Assembly: GCA_034003725.1 (NCBI GenBank)
Contig: JAVEYB010000005.1
Location: 38,831-70,830, forward strand
From: Candidatus Zixiibacteriota bacterium
GTDB lineage: Bacteria > Zixibacteria > MSB-5A5 > GN15 > FEB-12
DNA length: 32,000 nucleotides
Direction: 5' to 3'
The notes under the pieces are model-generated. The model did not search any database. It was given only the letters and a program-made list of their open reading frames with translations, and had not been told where the DNA came from. Made by a program: the position numbers and the translations under genes. Below are positions 16,760 through 23,108 of this stretch, one piece after another; position 1 is the stretch's first letter; every line of letters starts with the position of its first letter.

Positions 16760-17014
16760 TTACCGGCTCCCGCCGTGGTGATGGATAACATGGCCCACGT
16801 CGGTCCGACTCGCGGCATGCAGCTTCTCGCCGTCCTTGATTTCGGCGTAGATGTTTTCCGTATTGCCGAACACGTGAGCGCCGTTGTCCTTGGACAGGAC
16901 AAAGTCCTCCCCGATTCCGAGATCGCGGAAGATGTCCTCGGGTGTGGTACCGGGTTCAATAGTCACGTCGTGACTACGCCCTGAACCGGCGATTACGATT
17001 ACAACTTGCTTCAT
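16760..17014 (-). CDS. 84-aa ubiquitin-like (beta-grasp) protein precursor with a C-terminal GG-SR tail (BilA-like)
   Basis: AAGGAG lies 7 nt before the ATG. The strand/helix pattern (VVIVIAG, DVTIEPG, TPEDIFRDLGI, DFVLSKD, IYAEIKDGEKLHA) is compatible with a beta-grasp fold. A flexible tail ends HHHGGSR. It is the first gene before E2-like/JAB/E1. Confidence 0.62.
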   Translation of the reverse strand: MKQVVIVIAGSGRSHDVTIEPGTTPEDIFRDLGIGEDFVLSKDNGAHVFGNTENIYAEIKDGEKLHAASRTDVGHVIHHHGGSR

Positions 17015-17101
17015 GACAAACTCCTTTCAGTTTGAGGGTTTTGTTTGCTTGTCACGAAGCCAAAATGGACCGCTTTCAGATGCGAGTCCACCCAGTCGTT
17101 A

Positions 17102-17118
17102 TGTAAGGATTGTAAGGA
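17102..17118. promoter_or_regulatory. tandem direct repeat TGTAAGGA-t-TGTAAGGA; candidate winged-helix operator upstream of the Ubl operon
   Basis: Perfect 8-bp repeat with 9-bp periodicity in the 110-nt spacer between the TPR-wHTH stop (17125) and the Ubl start (17014). Confidence 0.35.
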
Positions 17119-17124
17119 CGGGAA

Positions 17125-18594
17125 TTAGAGGCTTGGAATCGTGTAACCGCGACCTCGTTTGGTCACGATGATATGCTTGACGGGGAGTTTTTTGCGGATT
17201 TCGGCGATGAAATAATGAGCCCTACGAGGTACGCCTTCCAGCGATTCGGCGAACTCCTCATACAGTTTGATTATGTCAGTGTTTGACACGAAATGACCCT
17301 CGCGCTCGACCAATAGGTTGAAAATGGCAAGCTGGAGGTCGGATAGTTGGCCGATGGAGAGTGTTTCCTCACCGTAAATCTCACCAGAAATCAGGTCAAT
17401 TCGGACGCCGTGACGCGAAAATACCGTAACGGCCGACTTCTTAAGTGAAGTGATAAAATCCCTGAGATCACGTTTCAGGGTCTGGGCCAACAGGCCAGAA
17501 TGTGGGGAGTCATCAACTCCGGACTTTGATAGGTCCCGAATTCGGCGTGACAGTTCAGCCGCCTGACCGCTTGGTCCGGTTTTGTTGAGCGATCCGAAGG
17601 CATGAGAAAACTGATCAAGCGTTTGACTTAGGATAGTGCTGTGCAGTAGGAAATCGGGTGCGATGAATTCGATAGCTCTCTTCAAGTGATGAATGGCCTG
17701 TTTGTAATCCCCAAGACCATTATAGGCCGTACCATAACCGAGCGGAACGAAAGGAAAAAGGGATTGCGATTTGAATCGCTTCGTCTCCTTCTCGGCAAAC
17801 CTGAACCACTCCAACGCTCTCTTGAAATCGCGCTTGTGAAGAAGCAAATTACCGACGCGCTTGAGAATGTCTGCCGACTTGGTCGAGACGTCGTGTTTCT
17901 CGGAAGCGCTCAGTGCGGCGTCATACATCCTCTCAGCCTTGTCGAAGTCGCCGACAGACCTGTAAATATCACCCTGACATAACAGACTTTCAACGAATAG
18001 TTCGAGTTGCTCCATTGAGGCCGATTGTACGTGCTCCAACAGATCCAGAGCCTTCTCATAGTTTCCCATAGCTCCATAGACCTGCCCTTGCTGAAGCATG
18101 GTCTCCAACCGCGATCGGGAGTTATCAGCATCGTCTGAGATGTGAAGTGCCTGGCGAAGATATACCAGCGCTTGATTGTGATTTTGTCTCAAGCTGTCTA
18201 TAGACGCAAGTTGGACCAGAGCGTCTGCTTCCAAAGCCGCCAGACCGTGATCACGAGCAATTACCAGCGCCTCGGCGGTTTGCTCTTCAGCTTTGGCGTA
18301 TTCCAGGTACTGCAGAAACAGGTAGCCGGATTCGATCAGCGCGTTCGCATACGTTTCCTGTGGGCACCTGTCTAGTGCCATTTTGACGAATTTGGTTGCC
18401 AGGCGCTTGGCCTTGGTCGCCTCACCTGTAGACATCAATGCTTTCGTCTGAAGAATGAGACATTCGACCTGACGTGGGAAGTCCTTTGTCCTTTGAGCTT
18501 CCTTGAGAGCCTTCTCTGAAGCTTTAAATGATGCGCCAAACTCGTCCTGCAAATAGAGGCGTTCGGCTTTGGTAATTAGTTCGCTATCTTTCAT
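17125..18594 (-). CDS. TPR-repeat protein with a C-terminal OmpR/PhoB-type winged-helix DNA-binding domain
   Basis: About 400 aa of TPR-like repeats (A..Y...G.Y..A periodicity). C-terminus LSDLQLAIFNLLVEREGHFVSNTDII...RRAHYFIAEIRKKLP...IVTKRGRGYTI matches the trans_reg_C pattern. Confidence 0.8.
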   Translation of the reverse strand: MKDSELITKAERLYLQDEFGASFKASEKALKEAQRTKDFPRQVECLILQTKALMSTGEATKAKRLATKFVKMALDRCPQETYANALIESGYLFLQYLEYAKAEEQTAEALVIARDHGLAALEADALVQLASIDSLRQNHNQALVYLRQALHISDDADNSRSRLETMLQQGQVYGAMGNYEKALDLLEHVQSASMEQLELFVESLLCQGDIYRSVGDFDKAERMYDAALSASEKHDVSTKSADILKRVGNLLLHKRDFKRALEWFRFAEKETKRFKSQSLFPFVPLGYGTAYNGLGDYKQAIHHLKRAIEFIAPDFLLHSTILSQTLDQFSHAFGSLNKTGPSGQAAELSRRIRDLSKSGVDDSPHSGLLAQTLKRDLRDFITSLKKSAVTVFSRHGVRIDLISGEIYGEETLSIGQLSDLQLAIFNLLVEREGHFVSNTDIIKLYEEFAESLEGVPRRAHYFIAEIRKKLPVKHIIVTKRGRGYTIPSL

Positions 18595-18659
18595 TAAGCA
18601 AGTACGGCATCAAAGTGACTCATGGTGATCTGAATAAGTGGCATTTCCCAGCACTCCTG

Positions 18660-19136
18660 CTAAGAGTTTTCACTGTTCGCCACAAAGGCACCTGCTAGAA
18701 AGAGCCCAATACCCCAGAGTATTCCTGTGGCAATATTCTTTTCATGCTTCTTACGCAATAAGAATTGCTGCATCCCACGGATCGATGACTCTGGTCTTCG
18801 ATAATCTAGGAGAATATACTCTCTCCCGTCTAACATAGAAAGCTTAGACGGATCAAAGCCGGGCAAGGCTATAGGTATTATTAGTTTCTCCTTTCCCTCT
18901 GCATAGCCGATTTCCTGCTGGACATAGGTAGATTGTTGACTGGCAGGAGAAAGTAGCACAATCATTCCGTCTGATCGATCAATTTCGGCTTTGACTTTTT
19001 CGGAAATATGCCGACCAGGCTGTACGTCGTGCTCGCAAAGGTAGACTTCCACTTCAATCTGTCGCGCACTATCCACAATGTAATTTGCCACTTGAATGTC
19101 CGCACTACTGTGACTGAGAAACACTCGATAAGACAT
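18660..19136 (-). CDS. small TIR-domain protein with a C-terminal TM anchor
   Basis: VFLSHSSAD start, and a conserved Glu context STYVQQEIGYAEG typical of bacterial TIR_2 domains. C-terminal hydrophobic helix ATGILWGIGLFLAGAFVA. Start set at ATG 19136 (AAGGAG plus 5 nt) rather than GTG 19142. Confidence 0.85.
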   Translation of the reverse strand: MSYRVFLSHSSADIQVANYIVDSARQIEVEVYLCEHDVQPGRHISEKVKAEIDRSDGMIVLLSPASQQSTYVQQEIGYAEGKEKLIIPIALPGFDPSKLSMLDGREYILLDYRRPESSIRGMQQFLLRKKHEKNIATGILWGIGLFLAGAFVANSENS

Positions 19137-19169
19137 GTTCACTCCTTTGATAACATGAATTTGATGGTT

Positions 19170-19199
19170 GAATATACATCTGAAGATGTTGAATACGCA
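19170..19199 (-). promoter_or_regulatory. candidate sigma70 promoter for the TIR/TPR-wHTH genes (TTGCGT-18-TATATT)
   Basis: Read on the minus strand: -35 at 19199-19194 and -10 at 19175-19170, about 35 nt upstream of the TIR start codon. Confidence 0.35.
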
Positions 19200-19367
19200 A
19201 GACTTCCGGCTCCACCATTCCGCGCCGCAGCGGACGGCGGCAACGCGGGGTGACGGCCCGGCTGCGACCAGGGCGGATCGCTATCACCCGTAACGCGCCC
19301 TGCTCCTACGTAACAGCTAATGGTCACTCGGTGAGGAAGGCGGAATGTATGAAGCCGGAGTTCCCGG

Positions 19368-20498
19368 CTATTCGATGAGACTTGTGAGTTCGCTGTTTGC
19401 ACGCGGCGTTAGCCAGCAGCGGTCGAACAGTGACTCCGGTCGTATGACCGAATACGCTTCCGGCGTCGTGAAAAGAAATAGCGAAGTAGTAACATAGAAT
19501 CTGCCCATGTCAGATAGCTGGGATATGATATTGGCAATTCTCCCGGACACGTGCGTCTTCGACCGAATGATCCCGGGAGTCACTAACAACACTTGGAACC
19601 CATTGAGACCTGAATCATCGCCGGTCGCCACTGAGTTTCTGCCGTTATCGATGTTGAGGCCAACTACAGTCCCATCGGGTAAGCGGCGGTAGCTATAGCG
19701 TCGCGGGAATCGCCCGGACTTTCTGTATAGGCGGTATGCGATGAGCTTGCGGCGAACATCAGTACGCTGGCCTTGCGCCGAAATTGGCTCGGTTCCCCGG
19801 TCAATCTCAAGGAAGTAGTGTTTTCGTTGGCCACTCGGAAGCTCCAGGCCGAAGAATGCATCGGGATAGACCGGCAATGTTTGCTTCTGATCCCAACGGT
19901 CAGTGAATTCGACATAGTCACGAAGCACTTCGCCTTGCTCCCAGAACAGCAATCTGACTTCATCGGCAGACCTTTGGCAGGCAAGTTCCAATGTCACTCG
20001 AAACCGTGTGACCTCGATAGCGTGACGGAGAAAAGGCGATTTGACGCGATTACGCTCAACTATCCGGCGAATCTCATAAGCGGGTACGCCGACGCGTTCT
20101 GCGAGTATAGGGGCGCATTTGAGCCCCACACCATAAATGGCACGTGGGGCACCATGTCCCCGTCCCATTGGCTGATCGGTCGGATAATGGCGCTCCAGAT
20201 ACCCGGCGTGGAAAAGCTGCCGGAGTCGCTTCGAGAGGGCCTGCTGGCCAAAACCATATCGTTTGGGGCGACTTTTGCCATCTGTCCCCACGGCGTATCG
20301 GATTGACCGACTCCGGTAGTCCGGTTGGAGGAGGTGCCAGAGCAGTTCGAGGGTCAGAAAGCGGTGGTTGTAGACAAGCTGAATGACGGCATAATCTCGC
20401 TCTTTGAGGGCAATTTCCGATGGGGAGGCTTTGTCCCGGACATAGCGTGATCGATGGGGTCTACTGGCTGTCAATGTCATGGGTTGAATGTAATCCAA
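19368..20498 (-). CDS. replication-relaxation family protein (Replic_Relax-like), copy 2
   Basis: LKERDYAVIQLVYNHRFLTLELL...RLRQLFHAGYLER and LEIDRGTE motifs are shared with 12503-13363. The track start 20498 is TTG; ATG 20480 (MTLTASR) is an alternative start. Confidence 0.72.
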   Translation of the reverse strand: MDYIQPMTLTASRPHRSRYVRDKASPSEIALKERDYAVIQLVYNHRFLTLELLWHLLQPDYRSRSIRYAVGTDGKSRPKRYGFGQQALSKRLRQLFHAGYLERHYPTDQPMGRGHGAPRAIYGVGLKCAPILAERVGVPAYEIRRIVERNRVKSPFLRHAIEVTRFRVTLELACQRSADEVRLLFWEQGEVLRDYVEFTDRWDQKQTLPVYPDAFFGLELPSGQRKHYFLEIDRGTEPISAQGQRTDVRRKLIAYRLYRKSGRFPRRYSYRRLPDGTVVGLNIDNGRNSVATGDDSGLNGFQVLLVTPGIIRSKTHVSGRIANIISQLSDMGRFYVTTSLFLFTTPEAYSVIRPESLFDRCWLTPRANSELTSLIE

Positions 20499-20531
20499 TT
20501 CTAATTCCGGCTTTGCCGGATTCCTCTTCCG

Positions 20532-21003
20532 GACGCCCCCCTCGTCGGAGGCCGAAAGTCACGCCCACGGCGTGACGGCCGCCCCGTGAAGCCGAGCCCA
20601 AGGGGCGACGGCTGGACGGTTGGCGGTTCGAGCCGGCCGACTCTGCCCGCTTCGCCGAGTCCCTCCACCAGATGTCAAATCGTGGGGCGAGGCCAAGGAG
20701 CGCGAACCGTTTGGTGGTTCGCAAGCGACGCAGCCGCACCTTACTGGCGGTCCCTGTCCTGCTTCGTCACTTGGAGATCGACGACATAACTCTCGGCAAG
20801 TCAAAAGAAGCAGGACAGGCAGGAAGCGTGCGGGAAGGGGGCAGAGTCGGGCGGCGACCGACCTCATTTGGCCCTTATAAGACGGCCATAAGGCCGTCGC
20901 AGAAAGTAGTAATGATAATACATCAATTCTACTTTCTTAAGCTGTCCTCGGGACGGCTTACCTGGCCAATGAGGGAAGCGAGACCGACCGACGAGGGGGG
21001 CGT
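20532..21003. other. GC-rich noncoding element with nested long-range helices (candidate large structured RNA or ssDNA-fold origin)
   Basis: Three perfect nested complements: 20532-20548 / 20987-21003 (17 bp), 20637-20648 / 20839-20850 (12 bp), and 20753-20765 / 20807-20819 (13 bp). Local hairpins at 20558-20576 (8 bp), 20702-20722 (7 bp) and 20881-20898 (7 bp). Flanking hairpins at 21014-21034 (9 bp) and 21041-21055 (6 bp). No credible ORF. Confidence 0.45.
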
Positions 21004-21199
21004 CTTTATCCAAGGGCAGTCCAGTGGACTGCCCGGCCACGGCGCGACACGCGCCGAAGTATTCAGGATGTTCGTCTTTTTCGGCAGTAATAGCATAGGT
21101 CGCCGAAGTCGACCTGACGCTTGCAGACGCTGCATTTGGGTTTGCTACGAAAGCGCGTTCGGCGGTTCTTACGGAAGGTACTGGTGGGCTGTCTCGGTC

Positions 21200-21745
21200 T
21201 CATCGGGCAAGCCTCCGTTTCTTCCTTCGGGGAGAATCAGTCCCAGTGGGAGGATGCAGTTGCAGGAATGCGACTCCACAAGCGATGGCATCAAACATGT
21301 TGCCGAAATAGCGCTCCTGACTGCCGGTCCGGCCTCTCAAATAATAGCGTGTCTCCGGAAAGCGCGACATGACGGATTTCGCGGCATCGAGCTTTCGGGC
21401 GTTGCCGTTGCCGGTTACAATCCGCCGGATTGTTCTGGCATTCAGCCCGTGGCAGGGTACGCGGTGAGACTTACTCAATGATTCGATCTTTTGGATCACT
21501 CGAATTAGCCGATAGTTGGACGTAGCCTGGGAGAATTGGTTACGCTCGAAAACAAGGACGGATGGCTGTTTTTCGACAAGCATTCGGGTGAGGATGTCTT
21601 CTACGTGCTCAAGAATGATCGGCAATCCTCCCTGACGAATCGACTTGATGCCGAAATCAACCAGTTTGGTAGAATTGAAGGCGGCATAGCCGAGGTATTG
21701 TGTTCCGGGATCTATGGCGAGCAGGCTATTTCGAGTCTCGCGCAT
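21200..21745 (-). CDS. RuvC-like Holliday-junction resolvase (element-encoded)
   Basis: LLAIDPGTQYLGYA (first catalytic Asp), VLVFERNQF (Glu), FDAIACGVAF (Asp). These are colinear with the E. coli RuvC motifs IDPG...E...DA.A.A. 181 aa with a basic tail. Confidence 0.7.
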   Translation of the reverse strand: MRETRNSLLAIDPGTQYLGYAAFNSTKLVDFGIKSIRQGGLPIILEHVEDILTRMLVEKQPSVLVFERNQFSQATSNYRLIRVIQKIESLSKSHRVPCHGLNARTIRRIVTGNGNARKLDAAKSVMSRFPETRYYLRGRTGSQERYFGNMFDAIACGVAFLQLHPPTGTDSPRRKKRRLAR

Positions 21746-22001
21746 ATTTCTTGACCAGATAGATGAACAGGGCGAGCCGTGAACGTTTGACTTTGTCGGG
21801 TGGTACCGACAAGGTGTGTTCGTGAGCTTTACGGACTATCTGTTCGGGGTACTTGCGGCAGTGCATCTGATAAGTCGGCAGGTTGTCCAGGTCGCCGAAT
21901 TCCTCAGCGATAGATCGGGCGAGTTCATCCGCAGACTTGTTAGTCGGATCGGACTCGTTGGTTTGCGGCTCGTTTTTCACCGCCGGAGTTATGTTGGGCA
22001 T
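21726..22001 (-). CDS. hypothetical 91-aa protein (acidic N-terminus, basic helical C-terminus)
   Basis: ATG start. Overlaps the RuvC-like gene by 20 nt. No recognisable domain. Confidence 0.5.
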   Translation of the reverse strand: MPNITPAVKNEPQTNESDPTNKSADELARSIAEEFGDLDNLPTYQMHCRKYPEQIVRKAHEHTLSVPPDKVKRSRLALFIYLVKKYARDSK

Positions 22002-22022
22002 AGTAGTGTTGGTTAATGGTTG

Positions 22023-22307
22023 TTAGTACTCGATTACGATATCGTGGTCTCTTTGCCGGGCGTTCACCTCCTCTCGAATCTTGCGGAAGTGGTCGCTGAA
22101 GAGCACTTCGACCGGACACCTGAGCGCTGCGGAGAGTCTGAGGGCAGTCTCCAGCGTGGGCACGCGCGACCCTGCTTCCCAGTGAGAGATATGATGCTCA
22201 ACGCGGATGCCGACCAGTCGCGCGACGTCCCGCAACCGGAGATTCCGTTTCTTGCGGAAAATCCGGATGTGATTCGGATAATTGGTCCAATCGGTGCGGG
22301 ACATCAT
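22023..22307 (-). CDS. XRE-family helix-turn-helix transcriptional regulator
   Basis: RKKRNLRLRDVARLVGIRVEHHISHWEAGSRVPTLETALRLSAALRCPVEVLF is a classic HTH_3 pattern. First gene of the colinear block. Confidence 0.85.
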   Translation of the reverse strand: MMSRTDWTNYPNHIRIFRKKRNLRLRDVARLVGIRVEHHISHWEAGSRVPTLETALRLSAALRCPVEVLFSDHFRKIREEVNARQRDHDIVIEY

Positions 22308-22563
22308 AGGGCTGTTTGTTTTTGTTTGTTACTTTCGTTCGCTTACAGGATAACCCCGCATGAAATCAGCCTCAATAACCGCCCCCGGACAATGTCGGTG
22401 GACAAGTCGTGAATCGTGTCCCCGGAGAGCTTCAAAGCCACCATGTGGCGTGTTGTTAGAGAACGGCCCCGCAAATGAGTCTTGGGCCTGTTTTAGACGT
22501 GTTTAAGCGGCCCTCGTACTATTGGGGTCGCAGCCGTAATTTGAGTCTGTGGATAAGTGAGAC

Positions 22564-22591
22564 TTGACACCGTTTCACGGTCATGTAGAAT
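22564..22591 (+). promoter_or_regulatory. near-consensus sigma70 promoter TTGACA-16-TAGAAT, divergent from the XRE gene
   Basis: TTGACA at 22564-22569 and TAGAAT at 22586-22591, read directly. Confidence 0.45.
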
Positions 22592-22597
22592 CAAGAA

Positions 22598-22675
22598 AAG
22601 AGGGGGAATAGGCCTTTTTCAAACCAAAAACAGCTACCTATGGTAGCTAATTCGCTCGGCCGAGCAATATTTTTT
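22598..22675 (+). ncRNA. candidate ~80-nt small RNA (promoter to weak terminator)
   Basis: Lies downstream of the 22564 promoter. Hairpin AGCTACC-TAT-GGTAGCT (22632-22648), palindrome GCTCGGCCGAGC (22654-22665), then a T-run (22670-22675). No ATG-initiated ORF. Confidence 0.25.
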
Positions 22676-22749
22676 GACTTACAAAGCTGTGAAGGATCGT
22701 CATCTAGTCAATGAATTGCCCGGCTTTTTTCTATTCTGAATCAAAATAG

Positions 22750-22781
22750 AATAGGGGATCGTCTTCGGCCGATCCCCTATT
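22750..22781 (-). terminator. strong hairpin AATAGGGGATCG-N8-CGATCCCCTATT; possible minus-strand terminator
   Basis: 12-bp perfect stem. On the minus strand it is followed by CTATTTTGATTC. On the plus strand no U-tract follows. Confidence 0.35.
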
Positions 22782-22907
22782 GTTGTAGTGCTCCCATGGG
22801 AACATACGGGTGAGGCGCCAGCTAAGTGGCGACCATCTTTTGGTGACAACGTGCGTGGCTCGGATACGGCTCTTACCAAGGACTTATGACGGTCCAGCTC
22901 TTCGGCC

Positions 22908-23108
22908 TTACGGACACTGTTGGCCTAGACGCACCATCTTGTGTCTGAGCGCTAGAAAGCGCAGAACCCCTACGGTATTGGCTCGCAATGAGCAATCGTG
23001 GTAGGCAATCCCAAACGCCGGCGGCGATTTACTTGGGCGATCCAATACCTCGGGTATAGTTATCCGGTACCGTAGGCAGACATCAACATGGTCACTCTGT
23101 ATGAGCAT
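22908..23108 (-). CDS. possible 66-aa ORF downstream of a strong SD (uncertain)
   Basis: AGAAAGGAGGC at about 23119-23129. The first ATG, 7 nt downstream, gives only a 17-aa peptide. The ATG at 23108 gives 66 aa with no recognisable motif. Confidence 0.2.
   Translation of the reverse strand: MLIQSDHVDVCLRYRITIPEVLDRPSKSPPAFGIAYHDCSLRANTVGVLRFLALRHKMVRLGQQCP

Noticed and set aside
16393-16959. 188-aa minus-strand ORF spanning the Ubl and E2-like genes in another frame
   Set aside because: It has a Pro/Arg/Ser/Thr-rich low-complexity translation and no SD. It overlaps two ORFs that each have a strong AAGGAG-type SD and sensible sequences.
20547-20562. GGAGGCCGAAAGTC, resembling the RNase P RNA GGAGGAAAGTCC P4 element
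   Set aside because: The match is partial only. The other universally conserved RNase P regions are absent, and a mobile-element context is unlikely for rnpB.
20625-20634. GGTTCGAGCC, a tRNA T-arm-like string that might mark a tRNA or tRNA fragment (att site)
   Set aside because: The flanking bases do not form a 5-bp T stem, and no acceptor, D or anticodon arms can be drawn.
20532-21003. MITE (miniature inverted-repeat element) interpretation of the 17-bp terminal inverted repeats
   Set aside because: No target-site duplication flanks the repeats, and the interior has additional nested complements typical of a folded RNA or ssDNA. I keep it only as an alternative under the corresponding finding.
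20559-21481. ORF-track ORFs over the GC-rich gap (20559-20867 minus, 20586-20789, 20620-20880 and the 269-aa 20672-21481 plus)
   Set aside because: They overlap one another in several frames and have Arg/Pro/Gly/Ser/Ala-dominated compositions with no SD. The 269-aa ORF runs antisense through the well-supported RuvC-like gene. I read them as a by-product of high GC and stem-forming sequence.
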